From: the human T2T-CHM13v2.0 reference genome, Homo sapiens | Reading direction: 5' to 3' (one strand) | Length of the DNA stretch: 64,000 nt | Assembly: GCF_009914755.1 (NCBI RefSeq) | Contig: NC_060941.1 | In this document: piece by piece, positions 21,373-44,300 of the stretch | How the letters are laid out: each line of letters starts with the position of its first letter | How positions within the stretch are numbered: the first letter of the stretch is position 1 | The notes under the pieces: model-generated | Database searches by the model: none | Told to the model about the DNA's origin: nothing | What the model saw: only the letters and a program-made list of their open reading frames with translations | Made by a program: the position numbers and the translations under genes

Positions 21373-22440
21373 GAAAGTTATAAACTTCAGTGGGACCCAG
21401 TCATGGGGGGTGCTCATGCTTTCCGTAAGTTTTACCTCCAAGAGTTCTACCAGCCCCTCACAATGAATATTGGAGAGACATCCCTTTGTGCTTCCAGCAG
21501 AGGGAGGGGAAAAAAAATCATCACTTTGAAATATGCCAGAGCATTCTGCTCATCTTAACAATGCCTGCCCTCAGGAGAAACTATTTTACCAGAGTCTAAC
21601 TTACTTTGGGGAAGGGTAATACTCAACCTCAGCTCACTCTATTCTTTCATGTGGGGAAAATTAATACCCAACTCCAGCCCTCTCTAGCCATCCTGTCCCA
21701 CCTGAAGGGGGAACACTGAGAGGCACTGGTGAAATTTATAGTTCACAGGCTCACCAAAAAACTGAGACCTAATAGGACTGTAGAACACTTCCCCTTCCTC
21801 CAGCACCTTACCACTACGTTACTAAAGGCCTGTTTGCCACAGTTCTTTTTACCCAGTGCATCCTGTCCACCTTTTGATTAAAAAATTACAAGTCATACTA
21901 AAAGGGAAAATACACAGAAGAGACTGAAGAAGCATCAGAACCAGAGTTTGATATGGCAGGAATGCTGGATTTATCAGACCAAGAATTTTTAAAAATCATG
22001 ATTAATATGCTAAGGACTTTAATGGAAAAGTAGACAACATGCAAGAACTGATGGGTAATGTAAATAGAAAGATGAAAAATCTAAGAAGAAAAACAAAATG
22101 CTAGAAATCAAAAGTGATACAACAGAAATGAAGAATGCCTCTGATGGGCTCAGTAGACGGGACATGGCAGAGGAGAGAATCTCTGAGCTTTGAGGATATG
22201 ACAGTAGAAACTTCCAAAACTTAAAAGCAAAGAGAAAAAAGACTGAAAAAAACAGGAACAAAATATCCAAGAAATGTGAGATAACTACAAAAGATGTAAC
22301 ATACACATAATTGGAATGCCAGAAAGAAGAGAGAAAGGAATAGAAGCAATATTTTAAGGAATAACGTTGAGAATTTCCCCCAGAATTAATCTCAGACACC
22401 AAATCGCAGAACAAGGAAGTTCAGAGAACACCAAGCAGGA

Positions 22441-22766
22441 TGTCTTAGTCCTGTAGACTGTGTAATTTATAAAAAAACAGAAATGTCTTACAGTTCCAGA
22501 GGCTAGGAAGTAGAAGATCAAAGCACTGGCAGGTTCACTGTCTGGTGAGGGCCTGTTCCTTATAGAAGGTGCCATCTAAGTGTCCTCACGTGGCAGACGG
22601 GATAGAATGGGTGAAAAAAAGGGGGAAGGGCATGTAATCCCATTCATGAGGGCAGAGCACTCATGACTCAATCACCTACAAAAGGTCACAACTCTTAATA
22701 CTATTGGATTGGGGATACAGTTTCAACATGAATTTTGAAAGGGACAAAAACATTCAAACCATAGCA
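22441..22766 (-). mobile_element. MaLR LTR (MST/MLT1A-like) inserted in L1 ORF1
   Basis: tgtcttagtc...cattcaaaccatagca with perfect 5-bp TSD cagga. Confidence 0.75.
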
Positions 22767-22902
22767 CAGGATAAAGGGAAAAAAGACTATACAGACATTT
22801 CATAGTCAAACTACAGAAAATCAAAGATAAAGAAAAAGATCTAGAAAAAAACCAGAGAGGAAAAATGCTACCTATAGAGGAGGAGAGATAAGAATTACAT
22901 CT

Positions 22903-29412
<6,510 letters not shown>

Positions 29413-30260
29413 CTAAATAGGATGGCCAAAATCCAGAACATTGACATCACCAAATGCTAGCAAGGAAGTGGAGCAATAGAAACTCTTATTCATTCCTAGT
29501 GGGAATGCAAAATGCTATACCCACTTTGGAAGACAGTTGGTAGTTTCTTACAAAATGAAATGTACTCTTAACATACACCACAGTAATCACACTCCTTGAT
29601 ATTTACCCAGATAAACTGAAAACCTATATCTACTCAAAAACCTGCACACAGATGTTTATAGCAGCTTTATTCATAATTGCCGAAACTTCGAAGCCACCAA
29701 GATGTCTTTGAATGTATAAACTCTGGTACATCCAGACAACTGAATATTATTCAGTACTAAAAAAAAATGAGCTATGAAGCTATGAAAAGACATGGAGGAA
29801 ACTGAAATGTATATTACTAAGTGAAAGTAGTCAATCCGGAAAGGCTATGTACCATATGTTTCCAAGTATATGACATTCTGGAAAAGGCAAAACTGTGGAG
29901 ATAGTTAAAGGTTCATGGGTTGGGGAGGAGGGAGAGATGAATAGGTGGAGCACAGAGGATTTTTAGGGCAGTGAAACTATTCTGTATGAAACTACAATGA
30001 TAGATATATGTCAGTATACATTTGTCCAAACCAAGAGAATGCATAGCACTGAGAGTGGGCACTAATGTAAACTTTGCCCTCTGGGTAACAATGATGTGAC
30101 AGCATAGGCGCATGGGTTTTAACAGTGTAACACCGGTGAGGGATGTGGATAATGGGGGAGGCTGTACTTGTGTGGACACAGGGGTGTATGGGAACTCTAC
30201 TTTCCGCTCAGTTTTCCTGTGTACCTAAAGTTTGTCTTAGAAATTTTATTAATAAAAAAA

Positions 30261-30480
30261 TGGCAGCTATGAGGCAGTAGAACAGTATGTTCAAAGAATA
30301 TACATGAAATTCTGTATCTAAAACTATCCTTCAAAATTGAAGGTAAGATAAAGACATTCCCATATAAACAAAGACTGAGATAATTGGTAGATTGTAGATT
30401 TGTCCTTCAAGAAATGCTGTATTAAAGGAAGTCCTTTAGGCTAAAAGGAAATGACTCCAGACATTATCTTGAATCCCCAG
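30261..30480 (+). mobile_element. Older L1 ORF1 fragment continuing the fragment at ~19850-20049
   Basis: aaactatccttcaaaattgaaggtaagataaagacattccc...aaggaagtcctttagg is ORF1 CTD-like. Confidence 0.6.
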
Positions 30481-31792
30481 GAAGAGGGCCTTGTGAGAGA
30501 AATAAGAAGAGAAGACATGTATCTGTGAAGAAAAGTGGGAAATCTAACAGTGGGTGAAATAGATTGATTACTTACTGTATGACTGTCCGAAAGAGACACA
30601 GCCGTGTCCTCAGGAAATATTTGCTAGGACGCTTGGTAAAAGAAAGTGATAGGGCACCTGCTAGGCTATTTTTAAATGAAATCATAGATGTTGGGAGTGG
30701 CACAGCCTTCTCAGCTCATGACACTTTGCTTCCCAGTCAGTTCTTCCCACATGTGCCCTTCCTCCTCTGTGTTTGCTGGCATTAAAAGTCAGTGTACTAA
30801 ACGTTTTCAGGAGAGTTGTTATATAAACTTTCAAAACCTCCCTTAGAATAAAGAGCATTTTCTAGTTAAATTTCACAAAAATGTTTTTCACACAGCTCTA
30901 AAAATAACTTGGAATTCAGGGTGAGCCATCATCCTAGATAAATTACAGTAAGGCACATTTGTCTGAGAGAAAGGGAGCCAACAGAGACATGATGATTTAT
31001 CTAACTTTGTGAGGAAACCAAGACAGGAATTTGTTAGAATTCAAAGTATTATGATTTCAACCATGAGACTACATGAAATTAAGCAACATTTAATGTTTAA
31101 TCCCTAGCGAATGACATACTTTTGCTCTGGGATGTGATTTGTTTGCCGTAATTCGTTTTAGTGATATTTTGCTGAGATAAAGCTGCAGGAATGTTTGCTT
31201 TTCTTATGGCAACTGGCAAATAGTTAAAATGGACTGTGAGAACATTTGTTCTTCAGGATTCTGTTTAATACTGAGTGTAGGCAAATAAAACAACACATCT
31301 GGGCTCTGTTTTTTTCTGTAATCTGATGGTATTGGATTAGATTATTTCCATGATACAATCTTATTCAACAAACATTTATGAAGTTCTCACCACATAGATG
31401 GTGTGGGAGTCAGAATAAAAGGCCAGACCCTCAGAGAACTGCTGTCTTGGGAGGCACGTGGCAGTGAAGGGAAATCATTGTGATGTTTTGTGAGATGCTA
31501 TGGAGGCTACACTGAAAAGGAAGTGATTAACCCTGTCCAGATATGGAGGGCAGGGTTGCTGGGTGGCTTGAAAGGTTTCAGGGAGATGGTGCCCAAGCAG
31601 GACTTGAAGATTGGATAGGAGTTATCAAAGAGGACAGCAGGCAAGAACGAACTTCTAGAGACCCAATTTTTCTTCTGCTTTCTACTTATCAAAAAGTATT
31701 TAGCATTGAGAGTGTTTTCTATAATGAAGGCTCTTAAAATTATTATTTAATATTTCTTGAACATGCTTGGTACCATTTAAAATACAGGTTTA

Positions 31793-34815
<3,023 letters not shown>

Positions 34816-37165
34816 CCACATTAAAAACCAAAATTGTGTGTGTCCAAGTTCCTAGGTAGCCATAGTAAGTGCTATAATTGATAAGGAGGGCTTTAGGCCA
34901 TAATGAACAGACAGACTTGGCGCGGGCTCTGCCTCCTGTTCATTGTCACCGCACTCCTGTGCCATCATATTACAGGGCCCGGGGCTGGGCTTTGGCACCT
35001 TTCTCCGCCCCCCCTCACAGGATTGCCGGGAAGCATGTGCTTGGCATCTTACTGGAGAGCAGAGCTCACTTCAATGTGGCTGCTCTTCCCAGGATTGAAC
35101 ACTCAGGAGCCTGGTCTGAAATCTCCAGCCTTCCTTCAGGTTTTATTTTTACTAAAGCCAGCCTGTACTCTTTTAAACCAGGGAGCTGAAGGCTGGCTTC
35201 TGAAAATACACCCCACAGGCCACTCTGCCGTGGCTTGTTCAGGCATTCCAGGGAGGGCTTGCTGACCTGAAGGTGTCCTCTGGCCCAGGTCAAAAGACCA
35301 GAGAAGACACTGGCGCCAGGAACCGCCACTGGCAAGGTAGCTGCCATCTGAGGTAGGATATTGTTCTTTTTTTTTTCCAGTCGAAGGCGGCCTTAATGTG
35401 GCTTCTCAGACATTTGAGACCAAAAAAAAAAAAGGCAGTTTGACCCTGCCTTTACTTTCTGAAAATGACAGAAGCTTTCAGATATATTTCAAGATATGGG
35501 TCATAAGCATGACCCATAGTTTATGTCACCTTAAATAGAGCAGCTGATTAGAACTGGCCATTGGTTATAAAATAAAAGAGTACGTGTAGGTTTGTGGGAG
35601 CAGGATCCTAACTGCTTTAGCAATACTAAGCCACTCCTTGCCGTGTGATTTCAGTGTCTTTCCTTCCAGTTGGAACTCCTCTCTGCCCTTTAGCCTGATT
35701 TTCTTGTGTGTAACATGGCAAATTATTTCATGGCTAATCCTTCTTACAGACCTGAAATTGTTCTTTTTAAAAAAAACTTTGGTGGGTTTTGAGATCCCCT
35801 CCTTTGATTCTCAGATGTGGCTGTTAGTAGTTTAATTTCTGTATGTGGTTTCTGAGTAGCTTCCAACAACCTATTTTTATTAACAGTTCTTTAAAAAAAA
35901 AAATGCTCGAGAGAAAGGAATCTTAGGAACGGATTCCGTCTGTGAAATGCAAGGGAGAATTTTGGCCAAAGTAGAAGGAATGGAATGGATGACATAAAGG
36001 GTGACATTTGTGCTCAGAGTTGATTTCTTGGTGATAGTCTCATGTCTAATTTGAGGTTCCAGAAGCCCTTTAAAGGGTGGATGAGCTGCATAAATGGATG
36101 TGAGGGAGTTACACAGTGGTGGGTTCAGCAGAAAGTAAAGGAGCAGCAGAATCACAGAGAGAAGCCCTGAACTCTGGCTGCCCGGGCCCAAGGAACCCTC
36201 ACCCTTAGCGGGACTTTGCTACCTTTGCACTCTTTTAACCTGGGTCTAGAGCTCATGGATCTGGCAAGGGATGAAAATATAAGCAGACAGTATTAATATG
36301 TGAGCCCCTGAGCTCTCTCCCTTCCTCACGCCAGTTCGTGAGTCTCATCAGTGTGAGACTGTGTTTCAGGTCTCTTGCCCAAGGACTAAGAGTGTGACTA
36401 TGACTGCACACATTCCATGTGTAGGTGGTGCCCTCTGCTTCCAGATGCCGTGTGCACTATGGTTTCTATTTGAGGGGCTCTCACCTTCTTTTTCTGGCTT
36501 CACTCTCTCTCCCCATGTCTCTGTCCTGCTTTCTGCCATGGCTCACAGTGGTGCTAGACAGACTCTGTCCCTTCTTTCTACAAGCTGATCTCCAAATGCT
36601 GAAAATCGTGAGCCAGATATTTTTTCCCAGTCCCTTTTTATACCATCAATCTTGCCTTCTCAGTCCATGATCTGGCTATATATCTGAAACTAGCAGTTAA
36701 TAAGGATTTTGGTATAAAATGCATGATTGATAAATATATTAAAGTTTATACATATATATAAATCCTTCTTGTATGCCATTTTCAAAGAAAACAGGCCTCC
36801 CTTTGACCTTGCTTTATGTAGATTTATTTCCTAATCTGGAAATGTGGCCAGCTAGAACACTGTTCCTTTCTTCCACTGTGAAGCTGTCCTTTTAGCTGGT
36901 AGAAAGCCCTGGACACCACAGCAAGGTGGTGGGGCTTTCCATGGCTAGCTCTCATGGTCATCCTGACTTCCAAAGACAAGCTAGGAAAGTGTTGGCACAG
37001 CTGTCTCTAAGAACCCAAGAAGGCCCAGCAGTGTGGCCACATGCCCTGCATAGTGGAAGAACTATTAGGAGGGCTTTCAGAGTTTGAAAAACTCTGGAAA
37101 GAGTCGGGATTATCAATATGAACAACTTCATCTAGTCAGGAAAGTTATGCTGGAATTGAACCTGA

Positions 37166-37548
<383 letters not shown>

Positions 37549-40500
37549 TTGGCACTGGCTTTTAATTTGCTTTGCATTCTGATTCGATAGCACTTTACCA
37601 GACTGAATGCAGACATGCGCTCTCCCCACAGACAGCGGCCCGGGCCAAGGATGGATCCCATTCACCCGGCGCCATGTTTGCCTCAGGCAAAGTGGTCTCC
37701 AGGGCCAGGAGACCAAGGCTGGCCTGTGATGTTGTGTCAGGTGCTCAAGGAATCCCAGAAGTGTACAAGACGGTGTGTAGTTTTCGCTCTTTTCTTCATG
37801 TCATGGATTGCTGGCTTGAGTTTTAATTAGGTTGCATGAAAGTGCAATTTGTTGGGAACTTTAATCATCTTCCACTGGGGAGCCTTGCTGGGCTGGTTTA
37901 TTTTCATCTTGCTCCTCCCTGGGTGTGAAAACGGGGTTGAGGGACATTTTAGTACCTGTCTGCTCTCTCCTGCTTTGCTGGCCTTGATAACCACATTTTC
38001 TAACACAAAACTTGGGACATGAGAGCCTGACTTCTGCCAATGTTGTGGAGTTTTTTCCTATTTGTTAATTTGATTAAACTGAAAGGTTTATGAAAATATA
38101 GAAGTTAAACAACATTGGACACTTAATACATTTAATGAGCTTCCTTTATTTGGAAAGAACCACACTTCACAAGCCAGGGGTCCCTTCAGACAGTCTTGGG
38201 AGTCGGATTGCTGGGAGGTGAGGTCCTGATCCAGGAACTTTGAGTTAATGGTGGTCATTATGATGCTGGTGGCAGCTGTGTTCCCTCTGTGTACAGATGA
38301 ATTCATCCAACCTCATAACAAACCCAGGAGGGAGGTCCTCTCACAACTTCAGCTCAGAGGCGAGGACACTGAGGCCCAGGGCAGTGAGGCCCCTTTGCCA
38401 GGCTGCCAAGTGACTGGGCCAGGGTGTCACCCAAGCCAGGCTGGCTTGAGGGTTCATCCTCATGACCCCTGCACTGCCGCTGTTGTGCTGCAGTTAGTGT
38501 TTTTCAAGTGGTCTCTGAGTTTTGAGAAGCGACAGGCTGCATACTTGGCTCTTGACCCCCATGACCTCGGTGGCACTGTGCCTCAGCCCCAGGTTGTCAA
38601 TTTGAAATTGGGTGGACTTCACAGGCACTGGCCTCCAGGGGCCCACGGAGGAGTGTTCGGAGGGGTTTCCACCCAACACGCCTAGTGGGGCTCTGGGTCC
38701 CGGCCCCAGAGGCTGAGCCCTACTATCCTTCCCTGAGCTGAGGCCCCCACCCCTTTCATACCTCAAGCTCATCCTGGGCAGTGGCTGGGCCCTGGGCCAT
38801 TCTGGACAAGGCAGGGTGGTCCTACCCTGAGACCTACCTGGTACAAAGACCTGGGATTGCAGTGAGAAAAAAGCTTTTACCAAATAGCCATCCAGCCGGG
38901 TTGAACTCTTCCCAAGCCCCCACCCCTCAACCAGCTTATTACATGCAAGTTTTAAGCTATCCTTGCCTGGAGCCTTCTCTTGCCTTTTGTCAATTGCTGT
39001 AATTTTCTGGTAAAGCTATATCAACAAAATGGCAACCATTCCTGCCTCCCACTGTTTATCCCTCCTTCCCCTAGGAAACCCTCCCACATTCCCTGTTTTC
39101 AGGATCTTGGTCCCGTGCAGGACTCCAGGCAGCACCCACAGAACCCTGGAGTGGCACAGGCCTCGGTGCCTACTCTACAGCTTTCCTGAGCACTTCTCAG
39201 ATTCCACACAAAGGGTCCTTGGGACCCAGCATAGCCTGCAGGCAAGAACACCTGGTCAGAACTTCCTCTTGGGGCAGGGATGGTACCAGTAGTGCCTGGT
39301 GAAAAGCTTGGTGCTTTAGATACCACCTTAATCCCCAGTTCATACAATGGAGGCTTGGCATAGTGTAGGGCAAGAGGGAGCTTTATCCATGCAGCAGATA
39401 GTAGCTGAGGTGTTTTCAGAGGTGGATTAAGTGGCAGTTGATGGGAAACTGTCATTTTTACAGTCCAAGAATGTGGCTGTTTTTTATGGTGGTTAAGAAT
39501 TCAGGTGTATCTGGAAAAGCAGGTGAAAAAGTAAATGCTAATCTAGTTCAGTTGACAGTTCCGTTGCAGTAGAATCCTCTTGTAGGGGGCAATTTAGCAT
39601 AGATCAGGACAGCCACCCTGAACATGAACTTCAGGATCAAAGCGACTTGGTGCATAGATGGATGTGTGTTGGGAGTCCACAGTGTTCCTGGCTTCACTCT
39701 GGCATCCAGAGTTGATGTCCTCTTACGAAAGGAAGCAGAATTTTTTTTTTTATATGTGGGCTTGAGATGGGATATTAAGTAGGTGGCTGAGGGTTTTACA
39801 TTATTGCTCCAAGCTTATGAATAATTTAGAGCTACAGTCTGGTTTGCCAGAACTCTCTTCTTGGATTCCAGCCTCTTCCTTCCTGAGAAGGATTCTGTGC
39901 TCGTAAACCACAGCCCTGGAGGTGGACTCGGGGGGGGCCTTTTGTCTCATAGACTCTGGCTCGCTCGTCAAGTGGCCTTCCAGGGCATTGCTTCCCAGCG
40001 ACAGCACATGGTGCTCACCACGGTCCTCACCAGCTCCTCCTCAGCCTTCCTTTAACCCTGTGTCCCCCTCTTATCTCCTGCTTTGGGCACAGGAGGACAG
40101 GTGAATGCGGAGGAATGGGGGAGGTTCAGGGGAAATAAGGGCAGATGGGGAAAAACACACATTTTCTAAGAATCAACTGCACACTGTTGCACAGACACTC
40201 ATACAGCCTCCAGATTTCATGGCTCACTGGGGAATGCTGGGCAGGAACATGCCACAGGCACAGCGGGGCAGCACGCTCACCGGCCGGAGCCCATGCTGGT
40301 GCTTGGGGCAGGGCCCTGCACTGAATCCCCTTTGGGTGTCTGTGAGGCCTGTGGTCAGAAGTCCATCTGTGGCCCTCACTGTAACAGTCTAGGGGCTGCT
40401 CCACCCAGAAACGTCCGTCCTCTGAGTGTCTGCTCTGAAGAGGATAAGAATTGGTACGACTTCCTTTTTCCTTTCCTCAAAAAACCCCTTTCTAGTTTCA

Positions 40501-40898
40501 CAAGTATTCAGGGATTGAAAATGAAAACAGGCATTACTTGAGGTAAGGCCAACACAGGTTTCCGAAGGAGAGGCAGGTGAGTACTGACACACCACCTCTT
40601 CCTGTAACACTGTGGGTGACTATGTCCTAGGCTGAATGGCAATCTCCGCTTGTTCCCTGAGGGGCAGCATGAGGCCTGTGGCTTTTCTGTCCGCTCATGT
40701 CAGTACTGAGAGGAAGAAAGTTCTACAATGCTGAACAGTCGGCCGAGGGTGCAGGGCCTGGGTCAATGCTTGCTAGGGCTTAGAGCTGGAGTCCACAGAG
40801 GGAGATCTGGGATTCATATCAGATGAGAGGAAGAGCCTAGGAAAGTCCCCTGAACTCTGCTACTTTGTCACTGGTGTGTTTGGTTTTGGTTCTTCCAG

Positions 40899-41077
40899 GA
40901 AGAGTCTGCCGAAGGTGAAGGCCATGGACTTCATCACCTCCACAGCCATCCTGCCCCTGCTGTTCGGCTGCCTGGGCGTCTTCGGCCTCTTCCGGCTGCT
41001 GCAGTGGGTGCGCGGGAAGGCCTACCTGCGGAATGCTGTGGTGGTGATCACAGGCGCCACCTCAGGGCTGGGCAAAG
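40899..41077 (+). CDS. DHRS7B: DHRS7B coding exon 2 (179 nt): (R)[59 protein letters not shown]; membrane anchor plus Rossmann TGxxxGxG
   Basis: Acceptor ttcttccag|G (AG 40897-98) and donor AAG|gtgggt (GT 41078-79). In-frame ATG in strong Kozak context (AAGGCCATGG) at 40924. Peptide recognised as DHRS7B; the upstream residues come from exon 1 outside the window. Confidence 0.97.
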
Positions 41078-41316
41078 GTGGGTCCTGGAGGCAGTGCTGC
41101 CAGGGGGCGGGGGTAAGTCAGCCAGGGATGAGGAGCGGCCCAGCTGCACAGGGACCACCAGCGCAAATGCCCGAAGCGGCAGCAGAAGGCCAGATAAGGG
41201 AAGTGGGCCGGATGGCACTGTCCTTGGTACAAGTGGAAAAAGCAGGAGCCAAGGCACAGTGAGAAATGACTCAGCGTCAGGGTGGGAGGCAAGTGTGAGA
41301 GAAGCAGCCTGGCCCC

Positions 41317-41345
41317 GGGGGTGGGGTGGGGTGGGGTGGGATGGG
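41317..41345 (+). repeat. (GGGGT)n G-quadruplex-forming tract in intron 2
   Basis: gggggtggggtggggtggggtgggatggg: six G-runs of at least 3. Confidence 0.8.
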
Positions 41346-44300
41346 ATACCTGCCCCTCACAGGGCAGCCCTGCTCAGCCTCAGTTGCTTGCTGAGGTAGG
41401 AATTTTATGTGAAATATCCCAATTTCCAAATATGGACAGCTAACTTAAAACGTGTTTTTACCTCTATGAGGACCAAATGAAACATGTCCTTTCCTAGATT
41501 CAGCCGGGGCCTCTGGTTCACAGCTTTGGTGCATGCTTTCTCTGGGCCTTGCCATCCCAGGCCAGGCCCCCAGCTGTCCCCTCAGCATGGTCTAGACAAG
41601 GTCAAAGACAGATAAATGGTGCCTCAGCTGTTCCAGGGTCTCCAATCTAGGTCCATTCCAACCCAGTGAACACCATGAGCTTCTAAGTCTCAGGAATGGT
41701 GTACCGGGACCCTGGCCTGGAGTGTCAAAACCTGGGTTCCCCCTTCTCCCATTTCTGGAAGCCTCTGAGTTACAGGGCTCCATTGTTTTCCTGCCACACA
41801 CGTATATTGACTTGGCACGTTGCACATGCACACACCATACCATCTGCCATCCACGCTTACTCTGAGTTCCATGGAAGAAAGCTGAGGAGTTCCCTGAATT
41901 GTGGTGACCCCACCCGCTGCTACATCTTCTGGTTGGTGATAGCTCAGCTGGAGCTGATGGAGCACCTGCTAAAGTGGGAGGCTCTGGGTCAGGTTCTAGA
42001 ACAAACAGATGAAAGACAGGGTCCCTTCCTTCAAGGAGGTCACGGTCGTCTGTTGTAAGGAGAAAGGCAAGGACTTATCTCAATATATTGCCATTGCAGT
42101 AACATATGCTCTCAAACCAGCCTGGTGGCAACAAGGCACATGTATATGTGCTGACTTGTGCTAAGCACTTTTACATGCATGATCTCACTGACTTCTCACA
42201 GCTAAGATTCAGAGAAGGAATGACTAGGACTTCCAGCCAGAAGGTACAAAACCTAGAGTCAAACCCACATCTCTGTCTCTAGAACTCACAGTCTCAAAGC
42301 TTCAGCAGGGGAGATGGCCAGGTAGAAGGAATAGGTGGGCTAGTAGACAGAACATTCCAGACAGGCCCAGAGGTAGGGGAGAAGCACGGTCCTGTAGGGA
42401 CTTATACAGTTGGGTGTTGCATGAACACAGAGAGGCAGGTGGGTCTTTGTGGTGGAAGTGGCTTGCAGTTGGCCAGGGGTGGCCTGGGAAAGCTTTAGGG
42501 AGTATGGATTCATTTGTGCACCACTGTGGATGTTAGGTGAGGTCTCCAGGGGTGAACACCATATCTGTCATTGGATATCCAGACCTTTGCAGGGACAGCT
42601 GTCTGCAGGCCCTTTGCCATCGTCAGTCCTCTGACCTTACTCAGTTACTATATATAGGGTGGTCAGCAGCCACTTCTCTTGAGCTCAAAGAGAAGCATTT
42701 TGTGAAAGTCCTTGAAGAGCATTTGAGGGCTGGCAGAGGTGGAGCTCTGAGTCGCAAGTGCTCCCATCCATGCATGTTTGAGAAGCATGCTGTCATCTTC
42801 ATTCTGCATCTCCTCTCCTGACACCAAGACTATGAAGGGAACAGAAAATGTCACGGAGGTCACCAGACCTGTCTATGTATCATAAGATGTCAGGCCCTTC
42901 CTGGATTCCAGTCACTGCTTATATTCTGCCCCATTTAACTTTTTGGGAACAAGAGTCCCTCCATCCAGATAAAGTAGGGCAGGTTCTTAACTGGCCATGT
43001 CAAGTACAGCCACTGTTGATGCCACCAAGGACGTTCTGATGTTGCCTTGCTTCTGTGAGGAGGCAGAGCTATGTTGTCCTCAGTGGCTCTGCCTGCCGTG
43101 TCAGCCACCCGGAAGGTTTGGAGTTATGCAACGAGTCTTCAGTTTTCCGTGTTTCTCCTATCTTGTCTCTTGTTTTGTGTACTTAAGCCTCTTGAGCTTG
43201 TCCTTGTAGAATAGTGTGGGACCACTGACTAAAGGAACAGAACGTTCTGGATATCTCCTTCCTCCAGCTTTAGCCACAGGGCTGTGCACAGCTCTGTTGA
43301 TTTCCAGCCAGGCGTGCCAGCGGCACTGGACAGTCATCTGCAGCCCTTCATATATCGTACCTTGGAGTTGTTTTCCTTGGACCCTCCTACCTTCCAATAT
43401 CAGCTTTTCAATAAATGAAAATGGAATCCTTCCAATCTGTTGTTTTCATTTCTGTCACTCCCTACACAAACTTTCATTTCCTCTCTTTTTAGCTTTGCTA
43501 GGAAGCAAAACTCAAACAGGTTTGAGGCAGTCATCTCCCCAAAGCTGTTTAGACTCCAGCGGGACTCCCACCTTTGAAGGGTTCTGTGTCTGCACCCTTT
43601 GGTGGCACCTCACAAATGTCCTATGTATTGGTCAGGACAAGACAAAATGGGGTGAGGAAGCCAGCAGGGCCCAAGGTTCCTAGCCTTTGGGAATGATTTA
43701 TAAACCGGATGAGCAGTTCTAGCCTCAGGAATGCTGGCATCTGGCTTGGAGTGCAGCCATCACCCCCCTCATTCCTGTGGGGGCTCTGCTGCTCTGCTGA
43801 GAAGCGCACCAGGGAGGCAGGGTTGGGGCGCTGGGACCAGGCCTCACTACCCAGGGTGGGTGCTCTCTCCGGGCTTTTGCCCTTTGTTGGGATGAGCCAA
43901 CGAACACACCAACCTCACCTCCTTCAAAGAAGATAGTGTGTCTAGATTGAGTCTACTTAGCACCTCTTTCCCGAAGACTGTCGGGTGTATGGAGAGGCGC
44001 CTGGGGGATGAGCAAATGCTGTGTGGGGAGCTGAACAAGAAGCTGTGGAGCACACGGAGGCTTCACACCATGAGACAGACGTCAGGGAGCCTTCCCTCAG
44101 ACCTCTCAGGACCCCTGGTGCTGAAGGAGTTTCTTCTCCTCCCATGTTTTGAACCCATCTAGCTTTAAGGAAGTTTGACACTTCTCTAAGGGCAGGCCTG
44201 TTCAGACCAGTACACACCGCCTGCCCCTCTGACCTTTCCTTCCCAGCTGAGGAGATGGCAGCCCTGATCCTCTGACCCTGCAGTATTGGCCCATCACCAC

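Noticed and set aside
31239-31252. AGAACA-tt-TGTTCT palindrome resembling a GRE/ARE
   Set aside because: The spacer is 2 nt, not the required 3.
35339-35356. CTCF-like CAGATGGCAGC on the minus strand
   Set aside because: The 5' part of the core (CCAS) is mismatched; insufficient support.
38248-40610. Overlapping 60-145 aa ORFs in GC-rich intron sequence
   Set aside because: Expected by chance at this GC content, partly MIR-derived, and with no recognisable domains.
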